Origin: Dipteris shenzhenensis
Taxonomy: Eukaryota
Strand: one strand, 5' to 3'
Assembly: GCA_047967505.1 (NCBI GenBank)
Contig: CM106538.1
DNA: 64,000 bases
Made by a program: the position numbers and the translations under genes. The notes under the pieces are model-generated. The model was not told the DNA's origin and did not search any database. It was given only the letters and a program-made list of their open reading frames with translations. Positions 1-14,200 of the stretch are shown here, piece after piece. How positions within the stretch are numbered: position 1 is the first letter of the stretch; every line of letters starts with the position of its first letter.

Positions 1-3000
1 CGTGTGATAGTCAGATATATAAGAGATCCAATGAGTTGCATGTAGTACCTGTCATTGACTGTAGGCTTTTCTGAATCTTTTGTAAGCTTCAAACTCTGTT
101 CCATGGGAGTGGTTGCAATCTTGCAATCTGCCATATGAAACGTATTCAGGAGATTGTCAACATATTTGAGCTGACTCATAAAGGTGCTGTCTGAATCTCT
201 CCAGAACTCAATTCCAAGACAATAGTGCATAAGTTCTTTCATGTCGAACTCTACAGATAAGTCTTGTTTTAGTTTTTTGATGAAGCTATCCTTGCTTCCA
301 ATCACAATCAGATCATCTACGTACAAAAGTGCAATAGTAATGTCTTCCCCTTGAAATTTGTAGTAGAGTGTATGATCTACATTGGACTTCATGTATCCCA
401 GATCAGCAAAATACTTGTCAATTCTATTGTACTAACTTCTGGGTGCTTGCTTTAAGTCGTAGAGACTTTTCTTGAGATGGCAAACCTTATTCTCCTTTCC
501 TGGTTCAACATAACCTACTGGTTGTTGCATGTAGACTTCCTCGTCTGGATAACCATTGAGAAATGCATTCTTAACATCGAGTTGATACACATTCCATCTG
601 CTGAGTGTTGCTAGTGATATCAAGAACCATATGGAATCCATCTTTGCTATTGGAGCATAAGTCTCATCATAGTCTTGACCATATTGCCGTGCAAATCCTT
701 TTGCGACTAGTCTGGCTTTATATCTTGGAATACTTCCATCTGGATTGTACTTCACTTTGTATACCCATTTGTTTGCTATGGTCTTCTTTCCTAGTGGAAG
801 GTCGCATAATTCCCAAGTATTATTCTTATACAAAGTATCCATTTCTTCATTCATAGCAGTTTGCCATTCTGGCTTGTCTACTACATCTTCGAAGTACACT
901 GGCTCTTCTGTAGTCATGATGGTAGTCATAAGAGCATAGTTGGTGGTTTCAACCTGAATTGCTTGTGGTGTTTTGGGCCATTCTTGCTCTTCTTCATCAA
1001 CCTTTTCTGTAGATGATTGAGTAATCGGTGCGTCTATCTCTTTACATCTCTGGAGATAATGACCTTTCGATTGATGGGATCATACAACTTGTATGCTTTG
1101 CTTTCTTCACTGTAGCCAACCATGATGCATTTGTGTGACTTCACATCCAATTTTTTGCAATGATCATCATGTATGTGGGCATATGCTATGCAACCAAATA
1201 TGTGGAGATGCCCAATGTGTGGCTTGTGTCTAGTGAATGCTTCATAAGGTGTCATACCCTGAATTAGTTTGGTAGGAAGCTGATTAAGCAAATAGTTTGT
1301 AGTGGTTATTGCTTCTACCCAATACTGATTTGGAAGATGCTTCTCACTAAGCATTGCTCTAGCACTATCTGCTAAAGTACCATTCTTCCTTTTAGCTCTT
1401 GCATTCTGTTGAGGAGTATCTGCACAAGTGAATTGTCTTCATATGCCATGACTTCTGCAAAAGTTCATGAATGCTGAAGACATGTATACACCTCCTCTAT
1501 CTGATCTCATGACTTTGATCTTTCTACCTATCTGGTTTTCTACCATGGCTTTGAATTCTTGAAATCTAAAAAACACTTCAGATTTCTCTTTCAGAAAGTA
1601 GACCCAACAATATCTACCATAGTCATCGATGAAAGTCAAGTAGTAAAGTGAATCATTGATGTTGCGGGTCTGGGCATAACCCCATACATCTGTGTGTATC
1701 AAATCAAGAATACCTCATGCACGAGAGGTACTTCTACTGAAGTTGGTTCACTTTTGTTTGCCGAAGCAGCATGCTTCACAAACTTTTCCAAGAAACTGTA
1801 GCTTTGGAATCTTGATTGTCATATTTTGATTCTTGAGATCTAGCAAGCTCTTGAATTTGACATGACCATATCTCCTGTGCCATTTTGCGGATAGTGGCAT
1901 CTGTTGTGGTTGAGTTGACATGGCATGCTTATCTGGTATTGCGCTAGCATTCTATACAAGCGTCCTTCCTTAACACCTTTTGCTACTAGCTAAAATCTTT
2001 TGGATTTGTCTCTGATAGTGCATTCATCTCCGTCAAATACGACTTGGTAGTTGTGTTCCATCATTTGGCCTACTGATAAAAGGTTCTTGCTGAGCATCGG
2101 AACATAGAGTACATCTTTCACCAATTCTTTCATACCAGTGAAATTGTTCATAGGGATAATGCTTGTCCCTTGAACTAGATTTGGTGTATTATTTGCTGTG
2201 TAAATGACATTCTTTTGACCTTCTAATGGTTTCATCTCTGTGAATCATTCTTAATGATTTGTCATGTGAGATGATGCATCGATGTCGATATACCAAGGAT
2301 CTTGTTCTGCTTGGTCGACTTGATAGCTAAAACCTTCTTTTGGATTGTCTTTTGGATTGCAATCCATGTCTAGGTACACTGTACCAGTTTGCTGCATTTC
2401 CTCGTTTGTAAGAAACATATTCCCATGTTCATTTGCAAAATGACTGTAACTAGAATGTCCACCACGATGATTTCCTCTACCTCAAAAATTTCCTTGATTA
2501 CTACTAGATTGATCGCCTTGATCGTAATGCTTCTTGTGGCAATCTCTTTCATAGTGTCCAAACTTATGACAATAGTTGCACTAGATGTTTGACACGGTGG
2601 ATGCATTCCCTCATCCTTGGAATCTTCCTCAATTGGAATGATTTTCTCTTTGTTGATTCTGATGTTGTTGATGTTGATGCTGACTTTGCTTATGACTTTG
2701 TCATTGATGATGATGACCACTTCTCTGGAATGATCTACCTCTGCCTTTGCCTTTACCTTTGCTTTTGTGTGAAGCTATGAATGCCTAATCATTAGAATGA
2801 TCTTTGTGTGCATGAATGGCTTGAGTCCTATTCACCAAGTAAGACTGATTGAAGTTCTTCAAGTGTCAAAATTTACCATTGAATGGCAATACATTAGACT
2901 AGATTCTCGTATCCCTCTCCTAGTCCATTCAGGATGACTTGAACTATTTTTGTGGGATTCATAGTCTATCCTGCTGCTGCGAGTTGATTGTTGTAGTCTT

Positions 3001-3480
3001 TGATCGGTAGTACATAAGCACGATCTGTTTTGCTGCTGTTGTGAAAAATCTGGTTGATTTGGTTTCTCAATGTGAGAATCCTGGAAGTGTTATTGGACTC
3101 ATAGAGGGCTGCAAACATATCCCATGCTTTTTTCAATGTCTTGACGGTGTTGAGCTATCCTAGCATGACATCTTGCACATTCTGCTTGATCAGATGATAT
3201 GCATACTTGTCTTTCTTATCCCATTATCGGGCAACGATAGGATCTGCTACAAGTGCAGAAACTATTTGTCTAGCTATAAATCTTGGTGTAGATCCTGCTG
3301 CTGGTGCTATGACAATAGGTGGAGTAGAGCTACTACTGGCTAGATCGTCCAATGGTCTAGGTGTAGATCTGTTGACATACTCCCATTTGTCTTGAAGTAC
3401 AAGAATGGTCTCCATTCAGTATTTCCATGTGTCATAATTGGAGTTGTCTAGCTTAGTAGATGCCTCCAGATTGAGGTTGC
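1..3480 (-). pseudogene. Degenerate copia gag-pol polyprotein
   Basis: RT motifs KWVYKVK, YKARLVAKGF and QLDVKNAFLNG (432-929). Integrase motifs IHTDVWG and SDRGG (1439-1702) and HIFGCIAY (1034-1354). Protease-region VLYVPMLSKNLLSVGQ (1990-2235). Many stops and frameshifts. Confidence 0.92.
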
Positions 3481-5291
3481 TAGTTGTAGACACAGTGCAA
3501 GAAATGTACTCAAAGTGTCATGAAAATCACTGTATGAAACAACTGCAAAACACTCACTATGACAACTGAAATCTGAACTATTGGTGTAGATAGCACTGCA
3601 ATATATAATTCAATCTGAATTACAAGGCTTGTGGCAAATTATGCTAGAATAGCCAAGAGGCTTTATAAGGCTGAAATGATGTGCACAATGCCGTGAAATA
3701 GCCAAGTAGGCTTTACAATGATGGCATGTGTGTGTGAAATCAAATCATGTGCTATCTGCCCACTGAACAATCGGCAATGCCTCTGAACACTCTGAAGTCT
3801 GCTCACTGAACTGATGAACATAAGGTTTCAGATAATGTGATGATGTGAAACCGTATGTGAGCATATGGACTGACTCCGAGTAGGTGCTAGTTAGGAATTT
3901 TGGGCATGGCTTAGATTGGCAACTTGGGGAGATTCAAAGCATCCCCTCTATGGCGATCTAGTCTACTTTGATCTAGATCTATACCAATTGTCGATTAATG
4001 AAAGAACTGAAAATAATTTCTTTTATCTGGTTCTTTTTATGTGGTGGGTCAGATGCTCGATGTAGAGGCTGATGTGCATGTAGGAAGTGGATTTGTCAGC
4101 GAAGGTCAAAAGTGAGTGATACTTGCATTAAAAAGTGCATGTGATGTGACGAGCACGTAGAGCATGAAAAATCTCTGAGTGCGGAGTCAACCGTCTCTGA
4201 GTGCCCAGGTGTTTATGGAGGCTGTGCACCTAGTAGACCGCTTGTAGTTGCAAATGAGCCATGGATGATCGTGTCCATGGTATAAGGTTGATGCTTGCTA
4301 GCCCGTAGCTTTAGAGCCCATCGTGGATTCACAATTGGAGCTTGAGTATAGGAGTCATTGCTCATGGGTGCTGGTGTAGCTTGAGAGCTCAGAAGGTCGA
4401 TTGATTGGAGGCAATGAAGCATGGTCACTGGAGCAGGAGGTCGCGTGCTGAGGCTAGAGCCATTGGTTAGCTTGGCGGTCTTGCAGGTTGTTTTGGAGTC
4501 CTTGAACTCCGCCTTGCAACATCGTAGTAGTTTGGTGGTGCTTACGAGTTGGAGACCAACATGGTCATTGGAGCTAGCTTGGGATGTGGGTGTGCCTTGC
4601 AGGATGATCATTTGGCCCTTAGAGAGGCGTTAGCCTTAGAGCTGCTATTACTAGCCTTTGTGAGCTGCTTGAGCATGGGAGTTGCTGGCGGCAATTCATT
4701 GCAGAGCTATGTGATAGATGGTGTTGAAGCTTCATCTGTCATCTTTAGCCATGGAGGTCCACTTTATGGAGCTGCCTTCACTGCTAGGTAGTAGAGCTTA
4801 GGCTCTTTGTGTGAGTTGGGCCCTTAGTTGTTGCCATTGAAGGTTAATCGGCACCGTGAAGCTATAGGACTCCGGAGCCTACTAGGATGTTGAGTCTTTG
4901 CTTATGAGTTGAAAGCTACAGAGACCTAAAAGTCTCTCTCGAAATGAACAAAAGCTCTCAAACTAGTAGAAATGAAAAAGAACTCTCTCTCAGTCTCTTT
5001 GAAAAAAAACAGATGTCTCTTTGAAAAAATAGATCTCGCAAGGTGCTAAATATCTCACAATCACTCAAAAGAGATGAACTCTCAACACTCACAACTGAAA
5101 CCTTTCTCTCTTTCTCTTGAAGAATGAATACTCAATCTCTCAAAGAACTCTCAAGAAAGTGAATGGACGGAAATTCTTCCAAGTGGATGGAAATTTCTTT
5201 CAAAGAAAAGCGGAGGGTCTCTCAATGGAAGAGAACACTCAATCTCTCAATCTCAATCAAGAATTGTAATGCCTCAGTGGAAGGCAAGGGA

Positions 5292-5303
5292 GCTCTAATA
5301 CCA
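5292..5303 (-). other. Primer binding site (tRNA-iMet type) of copia A
   Basis: Reverse complement reads TGGTATTAGAGC, one mismatch from the canonical TGGTATCAGAGC, immediately after the LTR CA. Confidence 0.88.
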
Positions 5304-5533
5304 TGACAAAATATGAAGAGGGGAGAAGAGAAGAGTGGAGATGAGGAGAGAGGGCACAACTAGAGAGCACACCACAAATGACTAATTGTACACTAGATTT
5401 AGTTGAAAATGTAGAATATATACAAACCCATTTAGGGTTAGAGTTAGGGCATCTAACCCTTTTGTTTATAGCACTCTATTGGGTTAGTGCTATGCACATA
5501 TGATCACATGATGTTGAGCGTGAACTCTCAACA
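5304..5533 (-). repeat. 5' LTR of copia A (~230 bp)
   Basis: Minus strand reads TGTTGAGAG...TTTGTCA. It lies between the PBS and a (TG)n tract. The partner LTR is outside the window, so the outer boundary is unconfirmed. Confidence 0.7.
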
Positions 5534-5565
5534 TGTGTGTGTGTGTATTGGGGGAGGGGTGCATG

Positions 5566-5599
<34 letters not shown>

Positions 5600-5601
5600 A
5601 C

Positions 5602-5651
<50 letters not shown>
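5534..5651. repeat. Compound (TG)n/(GA)n microsatellite
   Basis: Directly visible dinucleotide runs. Confidence 0.97.
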
Positions 5652-5655
<4 letters not shown>

Positions 5656-6767
5656 CTATGAGTACAAGACACAATATTATTCAAGCAACATGTCCATAAT
5701 GTGCATAGGTACCTTGTGCTCTTTTTCATATATTCATTGAGGTAACATTCTTTTATAATACTTCATTGATCACTCATGATTTCTTAGCTTCATATAACGC
5801 CTCACAATAGTTGTGAGGGAAATAGAGAAGTAGTCAATAAATTTTGGTTCTTAAATGCAGTGACTTTAAATCCTTGTATATTGAATACTATCTAAGGGTT
5901 CACCTTTCTACTTTTGGGGTCGTTAATGATTCTCTTTCAAAGGAATTCGTGCAAATCAAAATATTTAATCATTTATACACTAATAATGCTATTGATCAAT
6001 GCATAAGGTGAAGGATGTATTGAATCTATTACCATTATGTACAAAGCTCATTTGATTGCTCACCTACTCTTCTGCTCTCTATGTTTTCTTGGTGAATGGA
6101 TAAGCATCTTTGTGTCTTAGCTACATTGAAATCAACAAAGGGCCTTCAAGTATAAAATAGAAACCTTTTTAAGTCAAATAACACTATATTGTTTTTATCA
6201 AAGGTTGAAAGGCAAACTTCGTTATGGCTATCATAATTGAGAACTTCATATGAAAGGGAAACTTGTTAAAGGGAGTAAATTGGAATTGAGGTGCAAGTAG
6301 AGATTATGCCACTCCAAAGATCATGAGTGGGTATGCCTACAAGTACAATGAGGATAAAGGAAGATGCAAATAAAATCTATTGCCACTATAATAATCATGA
6401 GTATGCGTGTTTATGAGTACCATTAACAAGATTTTATAAGGTGACTCTTCAACCTCCCACGTACTTAAGGCAAGTCTCATGTTGTATGACAAGTACAGGA
6501 GATAACCTTCAAGTTTCTAATCAAGACTTTTTGCATCCATATGAATGAATCAACTATCTTTGAGATTCCAATGATGTTGAAATATATAGAGTATTTGTTA
6601 AGACATCATACATTGAAAATTAATACTAAGTGGCATCTTCCTTTTGATTGAGTTGTAAAGTCACATCTCAACTTTGAGTCATATTCAAAAAATGCTTTGA
6701 GGGGTATAATGTCTTGTCATCTAACATATCATAAAACTCTTATGGAGAGAATGTTGAAGATTCATGT

Positions 6768-6884
6768 CTACATATACATATACATATACATATACATACA
6801 TACATACATACGTACGTACGTACGTACGTACGTACACATAAACACACGCATGCACATGCGCACGCGCACACACACACACACACA
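6768..6884. repeat. Compound microsatellite (TACATA)n-(TACA)n-(TACG)n-(CA)n
   Basis: Directly visible. Confidence 0.95.
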
Positions 6885-6928
6885 TCCCCCCTTCTATTCC
6901 CCTTGAAAAAAAGGGGGTGATAAAGCAT

Positions 6929-8101
6929 GAGTAAGTCGAAACATCAAGCAATTGCGTTTGAGTGAGCCGAGAGTTCAAGCGATGCTTGTGATGAACTTTT
7001 TCTAAACCTATAGTAGCAATACTTTTTAACTAGAAATGCTTGAATCTACATGACACTATTAGAGATTGTTCTTACTTATTTTTGGTATGATTCTTGGCAA
7101 GATACAAAGATAAAACTTACTATTGGGGATAACTCGCAAGTCCATGCAAGTCAGCAATGATTCAATGAATCCCAAATGAAAAATTATTAGCAACATACAA
7201 AGAGAAAACCTATTATTTGATAAATAATAAATCTATGCAAAAGGGGAAATGCTTCAATGTCTACACCTTGAGGTAGTCACTCAAAATTATGTAAGGTAGC
7301 ACGTGAGTTGGACAGGTTTCTTTATTTTGCGGACTTACATACAAATAACAATAGTCCCACCCATGATATAGAAGCTCCTCCTCGAATAATCCTTCACAAA
7401 AAACTATTTGTAGCTCATCGATTTTTATGCTATCCATATGATTTGATCCATTTTGTACACAAAATGATCACATGAATAAAATGTTTAAACTGTGAAACTA
7501 ATAAATTATTGATCACCTTATGACCATGATGCTAACAAAATATGGATCACCTTCATATGTCCATGACCATGTATATGCCTATGAACAAAGGACCCGAATT
7601 CTATATGAGAAAATTTTAAGAAAATATATAGTTTGATAAGGTTTAGATCTCATGAAATGAAGATAAGTACAAACTTTCTAAAGCTCTAGACTTTTGACAC
7701 TCTAACATGATAAATGGATTCATTCATATCATATTATTTATATCATTTTGACTACAAACATGACCACATTTGGAGTTTGATTGACCAAGTTATGGCCCAA
7801 ATAAAATTGGCAGGAGGAGCCTCCAGGGAGGCCGCGATAAGGAGGCTAACCCCTTTCTTCCACCCCTCCTTCTTCCTTGACCCTGGCAAAAACATTGCCA
7901 AACATTTTCAGAAATTGTTGTTTGTATGTAAGATAATTGGTTACTCACAATATCATGGGTAGGACAACAATTGTAAAGGTAAGCAATGCATGCTAATTTT
8001 TGAGCATAAAGCATCACACTAAAATGTCAATTTTATTATGAAAGTCCTCACTCAAACTATCACCTCACTCGAACATAGTCACTCAAATTCTAGTAATCCT
8101 C
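6929..8101. mobile_element. ~1.17 kb non-coding segment flanked by a 9-bp direct repeat; possible non-autonomous Mutator-like insertion
   Basis: ATAAAGCAT at 6920-6928 and 8102-8110. Absent from the paralogous site at about 17037-17045. Ends are GAG...CTC, with TTTGAGTGA-type motifs in inverted orientation near both ends. Confidence 0.5.
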
Positions 8102-9419
8102 ATAAAGCATGGGACTCACCTCCTAGGTAATAGACATGGAGATCAAACCTTATAATTAGACAACATCTGATGTGATGTATACTGGCAAGGATAGCCCCGA
8201 CTAAACCAATGCATGGCATCAAAAAGTATAGAATAGCCTATGGGAGCAAACGAAGATACTACAATGACTACCTGAACTAGAAATAGCCAGGTATACTATG
8301 ATGACCAAGGAGTAGACCCTTTACTAGATGATGCTTACTAGAGAAGGAGAGTACAAAAAATGAGGTCTAATTAATAATGAAACCGCTATATCTCTAGGGG
8401 GGTATATTATGAACTACAAAGGAATAGAAAAATCCCATTTGATTATAGATGGGCCTCATTATTAGTATTGCATCTATCAATGGATGGACTAGAACACTTT
8501 ACAACTAAGTTGATTATACTAAGGAACCCATAAAAAATCCACCTTTGATTTATTTGAACCTTCCCAGGAAAACATGGAAAATCCACCTTCCTAGGAACCC
8601 ATTGAACAGCTACCTTTGATTTATTTGAACACTGGGATAGCCATACATGAACATAGAAAACCCTGGGATATAGGCTTTGGATATGGGGGAAATATGTAGA
8701 CCTAGGGCTAATTGGCAAGTGGTGCAAGGGAATATAGTATTAATGATTTTGAAAAGGGAAAAATAGATGGAGAATGTTAGGAAAAAGTGGAAATTATGGG
8801 CAGCCAAGGGAATGAATATGGAGCACCCCCAGTACCCCTTTGGATATTGACAGGCAATGTGTGGTTAGAAGATGAACTAGTGGGGACCCCTCGGGATACT
8901 ACCGCCTTATTGGTGGAAAGACCTCTAGACAGTGGGTAAAAAGGAGTATACTAGGATTTGAAAGAATGCAAAAGGGGTATGGCAAGGTACCCATAAGAGA
9001 GGAATGCACCATTGGAGGAAGGACACATTATGAAGTAATGGGTGTACTGGTACATGTACTAAAGGCAAAAGGTACAAGTCAGTATGGCTAAGTCCTTGGT
9101 GCCAAAGGGGTGTAGAGGCTTGGAGTTATGAGCTCCATGCCTAGGTGAGAGGAAGAGACTAGGTTCACTCGAGAACAGAACCCGAGAATCTTTGGATGCC
9201 TCGGAATACGTGGCAGCCTTAAAGGAATAGACCTTGGTGCAAGAATCAGTGGATATATCTAAGCAACACTCAAGTAAAGCCACTGAGCTCCAGGTGGCTA
9301 GACTGATGACCTTGAGGTGTGAACCCTAACAAGGGGTAGACCATGAAATGAATGAGGAGAACTGCTCACACCTCGCTCCCTTGGAAATATGGATGATACC
9401 CAGGTATTACCTACCTTCT

Positions 9420-10383
9420 TTTTTTCTTTTTTTTTTCAAAGAAAGGAACCTTCTATTAATTCTTGAAAGACTTCATACAAGACAGTAGCCCCAAAGGTGC
9501 TCAGTATGGAAAAATTTGAAAAAGGGTAAAAGAAAAGAACCAACCTATTCTAGAGAAACCCAGCTCACTGCCTAGGGGATCTCTGGTACTGGGGCTAACA
9601 ACCAAGTGGGGGGACTATACAACTAGAGAATCCCTCATGGGGTGAAGATGTAGAAAACTCATGCAGGCCAAGCCTTGCAGAAACGAGCACACCTCTCGAT
9701 AGTTGCCCTAGAGCTTGGAGTCCCATGCTCCCAGGTGGATCATAGTGTGTAGATGATATCTTGCCAGATGGCAACTAGGGCAGCCGAGGGTGGAACTGGG
9801 TGCTCACTCATCACGAGATTGCAAAAAGCCACCCAAATGTTCGACGCAGTGATGCTGGCTACCACCTCCCAAATGCTGTCCTCCATAGGAGAAGGAGGAG
9901 CTAGGCTATTAGGAGGGACTGCCTCATGGAGTGCTATCCTTTGGATGCTTTGACCCTATATCCGGTAGGCTAGGGAGATCTCATCAATCTAGAATGTGTG
10001 TCCTCCCTCTGTCAACTAGGCCACCATCCCCTAGGTGTAGTCTCTCTGAAGACTCTGCATACATGTCATGATCCTGAGGGCTTCCATCCAAATCCTTGCT
10101 ATGCTATGACAACTCCACAGGCAGTGTGGGATAGTCTCTAGGAGACCATCGGAGCAACAATGGCACTACCCCTCCACTTGCCATCTACTCCAATTCCTCT
10201 CCAACCATGGTCTGATGGGAAAGCTTTCGTGGGCAGGCAACTAGAAGAAGTAGGACCATAATCGCATCCAAAACCTAGAACGGACATCCCGAGGCACTCT
10301 CTGGGTCACTCAAATCCTCTCCCTTGAGGGGGTCCACCTCAATGAGTCCATCTAAAGACTCTTGCAATTCTGTGTGGTGTAGG
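9420..10383 (-). mobile_element. 5'-truncated L1-like LINE
   Basis: 18-bp TSD AGGTATTACCTACCTTCT (9402-9419 and 10384-10401). Poly(T) at the left end. Minus-strand zf-RVT-like remnant CHCCSDGLLETIPHCLWSC near 10105-10170. Empty site at about 38728-38745. Confidence 0.88.
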
Positions 10384-10511
10384 AGGTATTACCTACCTTC
10401 TATGCAAAGCCTTGTGCTGTCACTCCCTAGAGCTCTGTTTGCAAGGAAGAGGCTGCAATACTCAATAGACCTGAGTGCTACAAAAAAAGCACAAGAGTCA
10501 AACGAGAAACC

Positions 10512-11234
10512 TGTAAGAAAATAGTACGCAGCGGAAGATAACAACAAAACGCAAGTACACGATGGAAAGCTGGAGAGAATACAAAACGCAAGTACACGAT
10601 GGAAAGCTGGAGAGAATACAAAAATTCTGATATACCAAACTGCTGATACAACTGATGGTTGGCTGTCCACCCGTGCGCTCTACAGACAGAGCTTCGATGG
10701 TGATCTAGACAGATGCTGGACGGAGGACTATGAGCGTGAAGAACTGGTGATCTGATGATAGGGGGTGGCCACTTATATAGTGTAAGTGGTTGACGGTCGG
10801 CCCTGTAATAGGCAGTCGGCCTAATAGACAGTCGGCCTGGAAGACCACCGACCCTTCAGAAAACATACCGGCGGGCAGATGAAGGATCGCGCATAGGTCA
10901 TACCGTCGGGCTACCGGCAGCCCCCGGACCCTGCCGCTGGGGGCTTTGCCCCCAGACCCCCACCGGGGGCCTGCGCCCCCCGGACCCCCTGCTATCGGGG
11001 GGGCTATCGCCCCCCCGAACCCCCCCTTTGTGCAGACGGGTATCTACTCTTGGCTCCTAAGCCGTCTCATAACCATCTGGTCTACTCTAAGACCCCTTCC
11101 AGTGTCTAAACTGGGGATCCCTCCCAATATCTGATACCCATCATGGCTTCTCCTCATATGGGGGCCTTACAACATTGGGTACACAGAATATTGGTGGGTT
11201 ACATGAGAGGTGGACATTTGAGCTAACTCTAACA
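10512..11234. mobile_element. Solo-LTR-like insertion (723 bp)
   Basis: TG...CA ends. 5-bp TSD AAACC (10507-10511 and 11235-11239). Absent at the paralogous site near 38857-38861. Confidence 0.8.
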
Positions 11235-14200
11235 AAACCCCTCTTGGGGATGATGAGCCTTCTACCACTGTGGCTGCCTAGTCGGAAGAGCCACTTACTT
11301 CTGCTCATATCTAAGCATCCTCTAGAGACACAGGGATTATCCCAAGCTAGCTTCGTGCATGAAGGAACTCTACTACATGGTATAGCTCTACCTGGTCACA
11401 ATGACCCATTCACGATAATGCATAGACAACGCTCACCGTATGCATGTTTGTCGAACAACCTCATGAGAGATACAACATGTTGCTGAAGAGTTTTTGAGGA
11501 TCGCCAGTGGACATATGATTTTTTTATATCTCTTATGTGGTTGGCTTGATAGATTTTCATATGGTTTTCATGTATCTCTTGTTTGGGTGGCCAGTGAGGA
11601 GCTAGCCAAGGTCAAGTGGTAAGTCGACACCCCTCCCTACCACTGTAATGGTAGAACTACAAGCTTCCATAAAGGATTGTGACAACATATAGTTGCTAGT
11701 ACTACGCGAACTAGATGCAAAATGGCTATAGACTACGTAGAACATATAGCCTATGTTTGTATACACCTCATGGTGCTAGAAGTAATCAACGATTTGGTCT
11801 CATATTGGCACCAAAAAGTTGTCCTTCGCTTCTGCCCATCAGCTCCTAGAGTTGTGAAATAAGCAAGATGCAAAGTGGTTTGTTAGCTCAGTGCCCTAGT
11901 CATGGCATAGTGAGGTTTGCCACCACAACGGTCTACACACATGGAGCTCGGAGGGATGAAGTACCACCTTTGATATATTAGACATTCAGTTTGTGTATGA
12001 AGGCATTATACATTGCTATTACAAACATCAAGTCCCATAGAAGGTCTCGCGTATAGCTAGCTACCTTGTATGGCTCAGTAGTGACTAGAGATAGTATATC
12101 CTTTGAGGAGCGTTTCCCTTTAAAGTTTTTTTTGCAACGTTGCATCCACTGGTTGTAGCATGGAGTTCAGACACGATCCCATCGGTCTTTGGAGCTCTGA
12201 AAGTTCATTTTAAATAAAAACGGTGGTATTACGGGTTGCCTTGACCTGGAGGAGTGCATCTAGATGCACAAGGAATCTAGGGATACAAAGTGAAGACACT
12301 ATACTCATACTCTACAAACTATGGCTTGCGTATTGCTTACTATACCTCTGGATAGTATATATTGAGAGTAAAAATAGTTTCGTCCTCAGCAAACATATGC
12401 TATATAATATGCTCACGGCAAGTATACAATGAGTGGCATTTTGTTTTCTACAATAGCCTTAGAAGTTTGGCTTCTTGCCACTGTGTTTCTTCTATGGAAC
12501 CATGTAGAAAACTATTTGTGTGTAGAGAATCAATGGGTTGGAGACTTGACTACGTGTTAACACGATGATAGAGGTGAACAAATTGGAAATATTGCCGGCT
12601 AAGTGCAACCCTCCATTGGTTTTGTGCAGGTTTCGATTAAGGATTAGGTGGGAAATGGAATAATTTATTGTTATGGTGGAAGGACGAGTGACATCATATG
12701 CTTGGATGATTCTTAATAGAACAATGTTGGAGTACTATATAGTCGCTTGAACCCGGAGAGATGGCCTACATAGTTGATATGGTGTCACATAGAGGATAGA
12801 ATATTGAAATGGGAGAAAAAAACTAGAATATATAATGGGAGATTCATTGATAACTACAAACACTGGCAGTCCCTTGAAAACTTGGAAAGTTAGTAGGACC
12901 TTATGTAAATCTTCATTGCTGGCTAAGATGTGTAACAGATTATCATGGTGCTTAAAATAGTCTAAAGGACTTAATAAAAAATTCAATGAAAAGAATTACA
13001 TTTATTACACGGTTTTGTTTAACATTATATGACATAGCATATATGGGAACATTTTCACGACTATTTAGATTTGATTTACCCCCAAGAAGCTAAAATTTCA
13101 TAGGATTTTTCTGATGGATTGTGTGGATGGACATGGATAACAAATGTCTAGGGGTTTTGATGCCTACCTTCCCACTGAAATCTACCTAACATGGTTTTCT
13201 TTGGATGGTGGCAAGTGAGTCCCTGCACTTCTCTGCAAGATTCTATGAGGATAATTAGGATGGCTTGGGTGATGCAACAAAAACAACATTGGCATAGGTA
13301 GTTTTGCCACTGGGACAAGAGATGGAATTATAATATTGCCTTTGTCTTGGTGATAGACCTATAGTGGATTTTTTTATATTTTTGAATGTATAGAAAAAAA
13401 CATTTTTACCATTAGGAGGCCTATAAGTCTAGATATGATTTCATATAAATAGAATGATTACTGAGAAGCTTGAGACATGGGACCCATGCCTAATAGTTTT
13501 GATGCAAATATAGCAAAACTTTTGAATGACATGTGAAATTCTGCAGTTATATTGGCTATGCTAAGAAATCACCTGAGACAATGAGAAATTTGTTCAAACT
13601 TACCACCTATAGTAGGTCCATTGTCGCTAGATAATCTGGGATTAAAATGCTTTTCACTACCTGAAACAACTTCTAATGGGCTATATACTCAGACCAGCTT
13701 ATGACTACCACAATCACCCCCAAAAAGAACTCATCACATACCTACATAAACCCCTTTTTTCCACCTTGGTTATTGGAAGTAGAATTGATGGCATATGACA
13801 ACAAAAATTGGGAAATACATGACATGAACTTGTTGGCACCATTCTCCCTGGATACTTGGATGTTTCTAGCAGACTTGGTGGCAAATTAAAAACCCATCAA
13901 AGCAGAAGAAAAGAGAGCAACACATAATTTCCAAATCAGATTGGTACATAACTATCCATTGGCAAGTTTCTTTCCCATGTCAACATTTGCCATAGGGAGA
14001 TGTGCATCACCCGTTGGGGTCTTCAGGAGAAGCAAAATTAAAACATCAAAAATTGAGAGGAGGATGCCCAAATATTTAAATGGCATTTTCAATGTTGGAA
14101 GCCCTTACTTGAAATGTAGATGCGTGGAGGAATGCATTGATTGTAAAGCCCTGCCATTATGGTTTGACCATGCAATATGGTTCATTGCTTATAACCTCCC

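Larger units (their letters stand above)
1..5533 (-). mobile_element. Ty1/copia LTR retrotransposon A (5' LTR, PBS, long leader, gag-PR-IN-RT; runs off the left edge of the window)
   Basis: Minus-strand domain order gag, PR, IN, RT. The iMet-type PBS lies next to a TG..CA-bounded LTR. Confidence 0.93.

Noticed and set aside
5487-5740. ORFs rich in CV/RE/LS repeats (also at 6697-6978, 16795-17133, 47991-48464)
   Set aside because: These are translations of microsatellites, not genes.
6899-6950. CTTGAAAAA...CGAAACATCAAG resembling a variant PLE hammerhead
   Set aside because: No convincing stem II, and the GAAA half lies in the segment absent from copy 2.
9300-9330. CTGATGA hammerhead-like core in the PLE
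   Set aside because: No GAAA after the putative stem II, and the motif is not conserved in copy 2 (about 38626-38650).
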